Positions 32,815 to 42,170 of a stretch of DNA of 64,000 nt are shown here, in pieces. The notes under the pieces were generated by a model. It searched no databases and was not told the origin of the DNA. It saw only the letters and a list, made by a program, of their open reading frames with translations. The first letter of the stretch is position 1; each line of letters opens with the position of its first letter. This DNA is from an uncultured Fidelibacterota bacterium (lineage in GTDB: Bacteria > Fidelibacterota > Marinisomatia > Marinisomatales > Marinisomataceae), in assembly GCA_902526795.1 (NCBI GenBank), contig CABZMF010000001.1:199458-263457 (forward strand), given 5' to 3'. Both the position numbers and the translations under genes were made by a program.

Positions 32815-34605
32815 ATGGAAATTTTATTTTTAGGTGGAATAATATTAGTAGCATTAATACTCTTTGTTACTGAATTATTTCCTATTGATGTCACAGCTCT
32901 ATTAGTGTTAGGCCTACTGCTTATTTTAGGCTTGGTTAGCCCTTCGGAAAGTCTTCAGGGATTTTCTAACCCTGCTGTAATTACTATTGCATGCTTATTT
33001 ATACTAAGTCATGCCTTGCAAAAATCGCACATACTTGAATATTTAATAATCAATATTAATTCATTAATAGATAGGTCAAGAGTATTAGGAATGATTGCAT
33101 ATCTATTTGCTATTGGAGTCGCTTCAGCTGTTGTAAACAATACAGCAATTGTTGCTATTTTTATGCCAGTAACAATTAGACTAGCAGATAAGTATAACAT
33201 GAGTCCATCTAAAGTACTAATTCCATTAAGCTATGCTGCCATTTTGGGAGGTACTTTAACCCTTGTAGGAACATCTACAAATTTAATTGTTAATTCAATT
33301 TTAGTTGATTCATCAAATGGACAAGTATCGTTGGGAATGCTTGAATTTGCAAAGTTTGGTATTATAAAATTTATTGTTGGATTGATTTACATATTTACCA
33401 TTGGATATAAGCTTCTCCCAATTAGGGTAGCTAAGTCATCAAGTATTGAAGACTATCGTCTTGATGGGTATTTAACAGAATTTAAAGTATCTAAAAACTC
33501 TCCATTGGAAGGAAAGACGCTTCTTGATAGAAAAATTAATGAAAACTATGACGTCATTGTCCTTGATGTTTTAAGAGGCGGTGAAATAATAAATTCAAAT
33601 CTTCGAAATCTTATTATTCAAGAAGACGATATTCTATTTGTAAAAGGTTCATTTGATAATTTTCAAAGATTAAAAGAAATTGAAAATCTTATTATGTTAG
33701 CAGATGAAAAACTAACACAAGAAGAGCTTGAACAAGAAGATAATATCCTAGCTGAATGTCTTGTAACTGATAATTCTGAATTAATTGGTCTTACTTTACA
33801 AGAAGCAAATTTTAGAAGGTCTTTTGGAAGTTTTGTATTAGCCATAAGAAGAGAAGGCGAGATCATTCGTAGAAAGTTAGCTCATTTCATTCTAAAGCCT
33901 TTTGATACATTATTGGTTTATGGACCAAAAGATAGAATAAATCAACTTGCAAATAAGGAAGGATTCATTGTTTTAGGAAAGGTAGATGGATCTTTAGATG
34001 GACATCCATTCTGGTGGTTAAGTTTAGCTTCAATATTACTGGCTGTAACATTAGCTATTTTTAATATAATTCCAATTGTAGTTGGTGTGATTTTAGGTGT
34101 TATAGCATTATTACTTTCAAAGGTGATTACTCCAAATGAAGCATATAGTTCTATTCATTGGCAGGTAATTATAGTTATTGCTGCATTTCTTCCGATGGGG
34201 GCTGCAATTCAACGTACAGGATTAGACGTTATTATAAGTGATTCAATTTCTACCTTTGTTAATCTGTTTCCTGCTGATATTTTACCATATTTATTATTAG
34301 CACTTATTTATTTTATTACAATGATTTTAACCGAAATAGCATCAAACGCCGCAACAGCTATTATTATGACACCTATTACATTATCATTAGCGGCAAATTT
34401 TGGATTTGATCCTAAACCATTTATTTTTGCAGTCTGTTATGCTGCTTCGGCCTCATTCATCACTCCAGTTGGTTATCAAACGAACCTAATGGTATTTGGA
34501 CCTGGCGGATATAGATATTCTGATTATATTAAGGTTGGTCTACCATTAGGATTGATACTATGGGTTGTTTCAGTTATAATGATTCCAATGATATGGCCAT
34601 TTTAA
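32815..34605 (+). CDS. SLC13/CitT-type permease with two TrkA-C (RCK-C) domains
   Basis: GFSNPAVITI, LIPLSYAAILGG..TLVGTSTN, FITPVGYQTN.MVFGPG.Y; start moved out of the tRNA to the ATG at 32815. Confidence 0.92.
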   Translation: MEILFLGGIILVALILFVTELFPIDVTALLVLGLLLILGLVSPSESLQGFSNPAVITIACLFILSHALQKSHILEYLIININSLIDRSRVLGMIAYLFAIGVASAVVNNTAIVAIFMPVTIRLADKYNMSPSKVLIPLSYAAILGGTLTLVGTSTNLIVNSILVDSSNGQVSLGMLEFAKFGIIKFIVGLIYIFTIGYKLLPIRVAKSSSIEDYRLDGYLTEFKVSKNSPLEGKTLLDRKINENYDVIVLDVLRGGEIINSNLRNLIIQEDDILFVKGSFDNFQRLKEIENLIMLADEKLTQEELEQEDNILAECLVTDNSELIGLTLQEANFRRSFGSFVLAIRREGEIIRRKLAHFILKPFDTLLVYGPKDRINQLANKEGFIVLGKVDGSLDGHPFWWLSLASILLAVTLAIFNIIPIVVGVILGVIALLLSKVITPNEAYSSIHWQVIIVIAAFLPMGAAIQRTGLDVIISDSISTFVNLFPADILPYLLLALIYFITMILTEIASNAATAIIMTPITLSLAANFGFDPKPFIFAVCYAASASFITPVGYQTNLMVFGPGGYRYSDYIKVGLPLGLILWVVSVIMIPMIWPF

Positions 34606-34606
34606 T

Positions 34607-34840
34607 ATGCAGTGGAACGAAATAAATAATACGATTACTAAAACATTTGAATTTAATTCTTATCTTGATGGAATTGATTTTGTAAATGAAGTTGCTAATT
34701 TAGCTGAACAAGAAAATCATCACCCTGATATTGAAATAGGATATTGCAAAGTTACTATTTCTTTAACAACACACGATGCTGGCGGGCTTACAGATAAAGA
34801 TTATAAGCTTGCAAAACTTATTGATGATTTAAATATTTAA
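34607..34840 (+). CDS. Pterin-4-alpha-carbinolamine dehydratase
   Basis: AE..NHHPDI...Y.KV.I.LTTHDAGGLT..D. Confidence 0.93.
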   Translation: MQWNEINNTITKTFEFNSYLDGIDFVNEVANLAEQENHHPDIEIGYCKVTISLTTHDAGGLTDKDYKLAKLIDDLNI

Positions 34841-35671
34841 ATGTCATATTTAATAATAGTTTCCATACTTTGGTCCTTTTCATTTGGTATTATAAAATAT
34901 GGACTTGGCGGTGTAGACTCTTCATACATCAGTTTTATAAGAAGCCTTATAGCATTTCTATTTTTTTCTTCAATTTCAATTTATAATATCAAAAAATTTA
35001 GTTTTGATTTAAAACTGGTGATTATTGGAGCAATACAATTTGGCTTAATGTATGTATTTTACATTCAGTCGTATGCATACTTACCAGCATATTTGATTGC
35101 AACCTTCACTATTACCACACCAATTTTTGTAGGTCTAGCTTCAAAATTTATTTTAAAGGAACAAATATCAAAAAATGGTATATATGCAATTATATTAGTT
35201 TTAATTGGATCATTTCTCATGCGAATGAATATTGTAAATCCGTTAAATTATTGGATTGGATTTTTACTTATTCAATTTGCTAATTTTTTCTTTGCATCTG
35301 GACAGATACTTTTTAAAGAATGGAATGCTAAAAATGATAGTAAAGATATAGTTCATAATTTTTCGCAATTATTTTTAGGAGCTACATTAATTACTTCGAT
35401 TTTTTATTTTTTTAGTATTAATAATAGTTATGAGTTGACTTCAATAAACTTATTTACCTTAATATTTCTTGGTTTGATTTCAACAGGACTAGGCTTTTTG
35501 TTTTGGAATATTGGTTCATTAAAAGTATCTAATGAAAAGCTTGCTGTAATGAATAACCTAATTATTCCGTTAGCAGTTTTGAATTCTTTCTTTATTTTTG
35601 GAGAGCAAATTGATCTAGTTACATTTCTTCCGGGAATTATTTGCTTTTATTTTGCTTTAAAAGTCTTATAA
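34841..35671 (+). CDS. EamA/DMT transporter resembling E. coli YigM/BioP biotin transporter
   Basis: ILWSFSF...VDS...R, GAIQFGLMY, GLG...WN.G...V....L.VMNN pattern as recalled for YigM. Confidence 0.7.
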   Translation: MSYLIIVSILWSFSFGIIKYGLGGVDSSYISFIRSLIAFLFFSSISIYNIKKFSFDLKLVIIGAIQFGLMYVFYIQSYAYLPAYLIATFTITTPIFVGLASKFILKEQISKNGIYAIILVLIGSFLMRMNIVNPLNYWIGFLLIQFANFFFASGQILFKEWNAKNDSKDIVHNFSQLFLGATLITSIFYFFSINNSYELTSINLFTLIFLGLISTGLGFLFWNIGSLKVSNEKLAVMNNLIIPLAVLNSFFIFGEQIDLVTFLPGIICFYFALKVL

Positions 35672-36424
35672 TCTTTTTCTATTTTTTTTATGATTATTCC
35701 TAAAAGGCTTTGACATAAGAAATGAAATTGGTCCTTCAAGAGCAATTACCAATTTCCAAATAAATGGAAAAATGAACATTTTTTTCTTTTTATCTAGAGC
35801 TTTCACAATACGATTAACGCCATCTTCAGTAGAAATCATAAAGGGTGTCATTGTACCCATAGAGTCAGTCATTTCACTTTTTACAAATCCTGGGCAAATT
35901 AAAGTAACATCAACATTTGTCGGTAAAGTTCTTCTCCAGCTGATACTAAGTGCTTTTACAGCATGCTTTGAAGCAGCATAGGCACCTGCCCCAGGCCATG
36001 CAAAATGACTTGCAACAGATCCAATAATAGCGATATGACCTTTATCATTTTTTATCATCGAAGGCATAAAAGGAACAACAGTATTGATTACACCATTGAC
36101 ATTGACATCAATAACTTTGTTTAATTCTGTTGGATCACCTTTGTGAATTTGATCAACAAAACCGTACCCAGCATTTGCAATTACCAAATCAATGCTCGGA
36201 ATTTTGGATAAAAAGTCTTCAATTGACTCTTTGGTAGCGTGTTGATCAGTTACATCTAAGCAGTATGTAACAACTCTACCACCAAGCTCTTCACAATTCT
36301 TGGCAACATCAGATAACTTTTCTTTTCTTCTACCGCTTAATGCTAGAAAAGCACCTCTTTTAGCATATTTGTACGCAAGATGTTCTCCTATACCACTTGT
36401 AGCTCCAGTTAGATAAATATTCAT
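35666..36424 (-). CDS. Short-chain dehydrogenase/reductase
   Basis: TGATSGIG, IANAG, YAASK; start moved to the Met at 36424. Confidence 0.9.
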   Translation of the reverse strand: MNIYLTGATSGIGEHLAYKYAKRGAFLALSGRRKEKLSDVAKNCEELGGRVVTYCLDVTDQHATKESIEDFLSKIPSIDLVIANAGYGFVDQIHKGDPTELNKVIDVNVNGVINTVVPFMPSMIKNDKGHIAIIGSVASHFAWPGAGAYAASKHAVKALSISWRRTLPTNVDVTLICPGFVKSEMTDSMGTMTPFMISTEDGVNRIVKALDKKKKMFIFPFIWKLVIALEGPISFLMSKPFRNNHKKNRKRL

Positions 36425-36484
36425 GAAGAATACTACAAATTTATAAGTCACAATTCCATAAAAACTATTTATATTATCGATTGT

Positions 36485-37456
36485 ATGGGAAAAAAAGAAA
36501 TTAACGGGTTATCTCAATCAATTTTAGAGAGTTATTCTTCTCAACTTTTAGATGTATCTAAAAATATTGATCAGGATATTCTTAAAGCTGCAGAGTTAAT
36601 TATCAATAACTCTGGTAAAGTTGTAATAAGTGGATTAGGTAAATCGGGACTCATTGGACAAAAGATAGTTGCAACTTTATGCAGCACTGGTACACGTAGT
36701 GTCTATATGCATGCTGCAGAAGCTATTCATGGAGACTTAGGTATATATAATCCTGGTGATCCAACCATTTTAATTTCAAAAAGTGGAAACACAGAAGAAT
36801 TGGTAAAATTAATTCCTATTTTAAAAGAGTTCAAATCACCATTAATTGCCATAGTAGGTAATGTAGATTCTTTCATTGCAAAAAATTCTGATATTGTACT
36901 TAATGGAACAGTTGAAAAGGAAATAGATCCATTAGGGGTTGTTCCAACAACTAGCTCTTTGGTTGCATTAGCAATTGGAGATGCTTTAGCTTCTGTTCTT
37001 ATGGTTCAAAGAGGTTTTGATAAGAAGGATTTTGCAAGGAATCACCCGGGCGGTGAATTAGGAAAACAATTAGCACTGAAAGTTAAAAGTGTTATGCATC
37101 CTGTAAATGAGGTTGCTCAAATCAATGAAAATGATTCAATTAGTTCATGTGCTAAGAAGATGACTGATATACCATTAGGTGCAGCGCTTTTTTTAGAAAA
37201 TGATATATTAAAAGGAATAGTAACAGAAGGGGATTTAAGAAAATCAATAGCTTCTATCAATGATTTATCAAATTCAATTTTGGATTTTATTAATAACAAT
37301 CCTATTTCAATCAATCCTTCGATATCAATACTAGATGCTATGAAAGTAATGGAAGATAGACACTCTCAAATTTCTTGTTTACCTGTGATAGATAGTGATG
37401 GAAAATGCCTAGGTCTTGTAACACTTCACGATTTATATCAAACTAAACTAGTATAA
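36485..37456 (+). CDS. kdsD: Arabinose-5-phosphate isomerase (KpsF/GutQ), SIS plus 2 CBS domains
   Basis: GLGKSG.IG.K, H..EA.HGDLG, PTTSS, HPGG.LG, CBS pair. Confidence 0.9.
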   Translation: MGKKEINGLSQSILESYSSQLLDVSKNIDQDILKAAELIINNSGKVVISGLGKSGLIGQKIVATLCSTGTRSVYMHAAEAIHGDLGIYNPGDPTILISKSGNTEELVKLIPILKEFKSPLIAIVGNVDSFIAKNSDIVLNGTVEKEIDPLGVVPTTSSLVALAIGDALASVLMVQRGFDKKDFARNHPGGELGKQLALKVKSVMHPVNEVAQINENDSISSCAKKMTDIPLGAALFLENDILKGIVTEGDLRKSIASINDLSNSILDFINNNPISINPSISILDAMKVMEDRHSQISCLPVIDSDGKCLGLVTLHDLYQTKLV

Positions 37457-37461
37457 AAGGG

Positions 37462-40400
37462 TTATCTTACAATAACCATTTTCTTGGTTTTATTGTAATC
37501 ACTTTGACCATCAACTTTAGCTCTAAGTTGATAGAAATATACTCCACTACTTACTTTTTCACCATCGTCATTTCTACCATCCCATAAAGTAGTATGTTGT
37601 CCAGCACCTTTATCACCTTCATCTAAGGTTCTTACAAGTGTACCGACAGTATTGTAGATAAGTATTTCTACATCAACGGTATTTACCATTAGTGATGGTA
37701 TATCATACATGATAGTGGTTTGATTGTTAAATGGATTTGGATAATTCTGATACAAATTGAATTCGTCAGGATTTCTTAGTTGCATCATACCATTTCCAAT
37801 CATACCCTCCGCATTGAAGAGTTGATAGTTTAATTCTAAATCACTGGAAATAGGAGCGCCGTCAATATTGATTACAATTTTACCATCATTTGAAGATAGG
37901 TTTCCGAATTCAACTTCATAATATTCGTTTTCTTCATTTTCATTTTCTAGAACTAGGTAGCCTTGTTTTTGTTCAGTATTGAAATCATAAATATTGTTGG
38001 TATTTCCAATTTCAAATCTTCCAGCAGTTACACCCTCAGGAAGTTCAATAATGATTTGATTACCTAAAATTTCTGCTTCAAATTCAGTTGGCATAATTTC
38101 AATATCTTCAACAGTTCTTCCCTGTGCTTTGGTCCAAAGCCACATTCTAGAAAATACACTTAAATCTTTCACATCATTTACGTTGTCAGGAGTAGAAACA
38201 AGATATGGAACAGTTCCAGTTGCAGGACCAAGATCTACTGAGCTATCAACTCCAGCATTAGGCCATGCATTTACAAATACATTGAGGTCTTCAATGTCTA
38301 TATCATTATCGCTATCATAATCACCTAGATATGAAACGTAAGTGGTCACATTCTGGGAAACAAGATCAGAGTTATTATAACCACCATCTCGAGCGTATAA
38401 ATATACGGTAAGTTCTGTCTGATCTGGTAAAGATAGTCCTGTTAAAGTAAGTTCATCACCAGCAGCAATTACTGCAGATCCATATGAAGTAGTTGAACTC
38501 CCTATATCAAGAACATAGTCTACTATTCCCGTATCATCGCTAAATCCATCAGCAGTAATACTTATTTCAGTTAAAGATTTCAAGTAGCCATCAACAAGGT
38601 TATCAATTGTGAACGTTCCTGCAGTAGGTGGTGATGTATCAAGCAAAAAGGATATTTCATCACTTAAAGTTTCATTTCCATCAGTATCAACTGCACTCAC
38701 TCTAAAAAACCATTCTTCTCCCGAGGTAGCAGGATGGACATAGTTATCAATAGAATACGTTTGTGTATATACAAAAGTAGTATCTGGCCATGGAGTAGTT
38801 GAAGGAGATGGTTCAAAATGTGTTGAATTTACATCACCTAAATTACCTTGGCCCAAGAGTGTACTAGAGTCAGCTGTAAAACCTTCTGTTAAACTTCCAT
38901 ATACATTATTTGACGCAAAATCAGGTTCACCATTTCTATTCCAATACAATTCAATTGCGTCAACTTGAGCTCCGCCATCAATATCTCTTAAAGCAACAAT
39001 TCCTTGTGGAGCAAGGGGGGCACCATCAGCACTTAATTGTCCTGCAGTTATTCTAAAATTATCAAAAAAAGCATATTGTTGATTAGTTGTTTTAACATGT
39101 ATTGCAATTCTTATTTTGGATCCTGCATATGCAGATAAATCATATGATTGAGGAGTCCAAGTACCAGTATTTTCATCAACTATATTTGCTAGAGTAACTG
39201 TAAATTCTTCTGGAGCGAGACCACCATTTGGAGATAAAAGGACATCATATGTTTCGCTTCCTGCATTCATATTAGTGTAAAAACTTAAAATATTATCTGT
39301 ACCTGGTCTTAAGTGTAAAATAGGACTTACAACCCAGTCGTCAGCATTACCGGCACCTGCCATTCCAAGACCAGCCATCCAGTGACTTCCTTCTGCAGCA
39401 CCGTTTCCAGCTATGTAATACCACCAACTAAATGCATCAGCATCATTATTTTGATTAAAAATAGTCCATGAATAAGTATCTCTTCCCATGAAGTCAATTC
39501 TGCCATAAGGCGTAGATTCAAATCCTTCTTCGTATAAGGTATCTTGAACAGCTGTAGCCCAAATCAAATTATTTTTAGTGGTAACACTGTTATTAGTCCC
39601 ATCATCAACTGTAAGAGATATTGAATATCTTCCAGCGTCAGCAAAAGTATGAGTAGGGTTTTGTTCAGTACTACTTGAACCGTCACCAAAGTCCCATGCC
39701 CAAGAGGTTACATTCCCCGTTGAACGATCAACAAAATCAACTTCTAAGGGAAATACTCCTGAAGTTTTACTTGGTGAAAATGCAGCATTTAAAGGCGCAG
39801 TTGAGGTAAAACCAGGTGATGTAAATTGACCTCGACCAAATGTTCCAGCAGACATTTCACCATTACTATTCATTGCAAGCATGTCAACTCGAGTATTGGC
39901 TAGCCCGTCATTAGATGGATTCCAAACTACTGAAGAACTAGTAATATCATCTGATACCCAAACACCGACTTCTGTAGCAATAGCGACTTGATTAAAATTA
40001 TCTCTATTGTATAAACCCCACCTAACAGGCATATCAGGTAGATCACCTTCAACATTTACCCATCCATTTGCTCCACCCCCAGATATTGTTTCATAAATAG
40101 AATCAATACCATAGTTAGATAATGTTATTAAAATTTGATTATCATCTTTTCCAACATCAATTGATGAGATATAACCTGTAGTTGCTCCAGGACTGATTTC
40201 AGTAATTGTATAATTATCAGTATGAGCGTCTATAATTTTAAAAACTCTACCACCTGCAGTAGCTACAAATAATACCCCACTGGTATGTGGAGAAACTTTA
40301 TAGGCTGAAGCACCAGAACCTAAATTAATATTTATAAAATCGTGATTGGTTAATGCAGTATAATCTTTTTGCCTCAGAATACTATTATTATCAAAAGTAG

Positions 40401-42165
40401 CATACAATGCTTTGTTTACTCCATCAATAACGCTTGGGTTGATGAAAAATCCTGCATCTGTTCCATCGGCATTTGTTACATTTGAGTAAAGACCAAAAGA
40501 TGATCCGCCGTTTGTACTTCGAACAATATTTCCATACGTAGTAGCACTAAATTGATAAGTTGGATCTACTTGATCAATATGGGTATAAGCTCCATCTCCT
40601 CCATAAACTTCTAATCCTTCTTGCTTCCCAGCAGTATTTAATCTCCATGTTCCATTATCTTGAGCACCACCTAAGACATAATCTGACGTTGTAGGATGAA
40701 TTGCAGTTGAATAAAATTGAGTTGTAACCATATTATCATTTTTCATTGTAAATGTATTTCCACCATCAGTAGTCAGAAAAACACCACCGTCGTTGGAAAA
40801 AAGAATTTTATCACTATCGATAAAAACAATATTGTGATGATCTGCATGCACGTATGGTTGTGAAAAACCTGTACCTCTCCATTCTGAGATTTCTGTCCAA
40901 TTAGTTCCTGAGTCAGTTGACTTAAAGATTGATAGTGCTCCAGCTGCATATATTGTATTTGGATCATTTGGATCAATGCCTAACAATCCCCAATAATCCA
41001 TTGAACCTTGGTAATCTCCAAAAGGATTACCATTTTCATCTTCCGCAATGCTTATTGGAGTCCACGTACTCCCAGCATCAGAAGATTTTGCAATATAAGT
41101 TATGTAACCTGTAGTTAAGCTTTCCATCATTACATACAAAACATTTGGATCGGAAGGAGATACATCAACAAATGTTCTATCAAAACTACCTAAGGCTCCC
41201 AAATCAAATTGTGTAAATGTTATACCATCATCGGAATAGAAAACTTGTCCACCACCTTCATTAAAAGTATTTGTTCTAGTACCTACAATAAGCCTGTTAT
41301 TTGAATCAAGTTCTAAATCAGTTACATGATGATTAGAACCAGCAGAAATTTCTCCCAAAACTTCTGTCCAAGTTGAACCGCCATCTGAAGACTTCTGTAA
41401 TCCATTTATACCAGAATACGAACCGTTAGAAGCGGCTCTTCCTCCACCTGCATATACTACACCAACACCATTTTCATTTCTAACAATTATCGTATCTATG
41501 AATTTTAGTTCGGTAGATGAAGAAAGTTGACTCCAAGTTGCACCTCCATCAGATGTTTTCCAAATTCCTTGTCCTTTTAATCCATGACCTCTTCTTTCAC
41601 CAGTACCAACATAAATGATATTGGCATCAGTAGGATCTGATGCAACGCAAGTAATAGCTAGATTATCCCAAAAATCTGATACTTTTGACCATTCAGAAGT
41701 TGAACTTTCGATATTTGTAATTGACCATAATCCACCACTTACACCTGCAGCCCAAACTTTTGCATTTGAATCAAAATTTCCATCAAGCATTAAAGCCCTA
41801 GTTCTACCAGCTTGTTTACTTGGTCCACGCTCAGTCCAATTTATTTCGCTTTGTCTATTAAAATAGGATAAACTATTTAATTTTGCATTTTTGATTTTTA
41901 ATGCTTCGAGCGCTCTTTCAGATGGAATTGTATTTGAACTTGGATCACGAGTCATTAAAAAATCATGATAATTTTTTAAATCTGGTCTAAGTTTTTTTGG
42001 AAGACTTTTGACATAACTTCTTTTGAAATATTTATCACTTAAATAATCACTTATATATGCTTCATTTTTAACTTTTTTATATTCATAAATTATGTTTTTA
42101 GCTGGTTGGTATGCTAAAAAACTAAAAATTAAAACAAACGCTAATATGTATATATTTTTTCTCAT
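37462..42165 (-). CDS. 1567-aa secreted multidomain protein: Asp-box (BNR) beta-propeller, PKD, cleaved-adhesin-like domain, Ig/FN3-like, dockerin-like, T9SS-type C-terminal domain
   Basis: Signal peptide; at least 6 Asp-boxes (e.g. WKTSDGGATW, FKSTDSGTNW); PKD WDFGDG; DDWVVSP adhesin motif; GDYDSDNDIDIEDL and PDNVNDVKDL Ca-loops; YQNYPNPFN...SGVYFY...KKMVIVR tail. Confidence 0.85.
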   Translation of the reverse strand: MRKNIYILAFVLIFSFLAYQPAKNIIYEYKKVKNEAYISDYLSDKYFKRSYVKSLPKKLRPDLKNYHDFLMTRDPSSNTIPSERALEALKIKNAKLNSLSYFNRQSEINWTERGPSKQAGRTRALMLDGNFDSNAKVWAAGVSGGLWSITNIESSTSEWSKVSDFWDNLAITCVASDPTDANIIYVGTGERRGHGLKGQGIWKTSDGGATWSQLSSSTELKFIDTIIVRNENGVGVVYAGGGRAASNGSYSGINGLQKSSDGGSTWTEVLGEISAGSNHHVTDLELDSNNRLIVGTRTNTFNEGGGQVFYSDDGITFTQFDLGALGSFDRTFVDVSPSDPNVLYVMMESLTTGYITYIAKSSDAGSTWTPISIAEDENGNPFGDYQGSMDYWGLLGIDPNDPNTIYAAGALSIFKSTDSGTNWTEISEWRGTGFSQPYVHADHHNIVFIDSDKILFSNDGGVFLTTDGGNTFTMKNDNMVTTQFYSTAIHPTTSDYVLGGAQDNGTWRLNTAGKQEGLEVYGGDGAYTHIDQVDPTYQFSATTYGNIVRSTNGGSSFGLYSNVTNADGTDAGFFINPSVIDGVNKALYATFDNNSILRQKDYTALTNHDFININLGSGASAYKVSPHTSGVLFVATAGGRVFKIIDAHTDNYTITEISPGATTGYISSIDVGKDDNQILITLSNYGIDSIYETISGGGANGWVNVEGDLPDMPVRWGLYNRDNFNQVAIATEVGVWVSDDITSSSVVWNPSNDGLANTRVDMLAMNSNGEMSAGTFGRGQFTSPGFTSTAPLNAAFSPSKTSGVFPLEVDFVDRSTGNVTSWAWDFGDGSSSTEQNPTHTFADAGRYSISLTVDDGTNNSVTTKNNLIWATAVQDTLYEEGFESTPYGRIDFMGRDTYSWTIFNQNNDADAFSWWYYIAGNGAAEGSHWMAGLGMAGAGNADDWVVSPILHLRPGTDNILSFYTNMNAGSETYDVLLSPNGGLAPEEFTVTLANIVDENTGTWTPQSYDLSAYAGSKIRIAIHVKTTNQQYAFFDNFRITAGQLSADGAPLAPQGIVALRDIDGGAQVDAIELYWNRNGEPDFASNNVYGSLTEGFTADSSTLLGQGNLGDVNSTHFEPSPSTTPWPDTTFVYTQTYSIDNYVHPATSGEEWFFRVSAVDTDGNETLSDEISFLLDTSPPTAGTFTIDNLVDGYLKSLTEISITADGFSDDTGIVDYVLDIGSSTTSYGSAVIAAGDELTLTGLSLPDQTELTVYLYARDGGYNNSDLVSQNVTTYVSYLGDYDSDNDIDIEDLNVFVNAWPNAGVDSSVDLGPATGTVPYLVSTPDNVNDVKDLSVFSRMWLWTKAQGRTVEDIEIMPTEFEAEILGNQIIIELPEGVTAGRFEIGNTNNIYDFNTEQKQGYLVLENENEENEYYEVEFGNLSSNDGKIVINIDGAPISSDLELNYQLFNAEGMIGNGMMQLRNPDEFNLYQNYPNPFNNQTTIMYDIPSLMVNTVDVEILIYNTVGTLVRTLDEGDKGAGQHTTLWDGRNDDGEKVSSGVYFYQLRAKVDGQSDYNKTKKMVIVR

Positions 42166-42170
42166 CTTTT

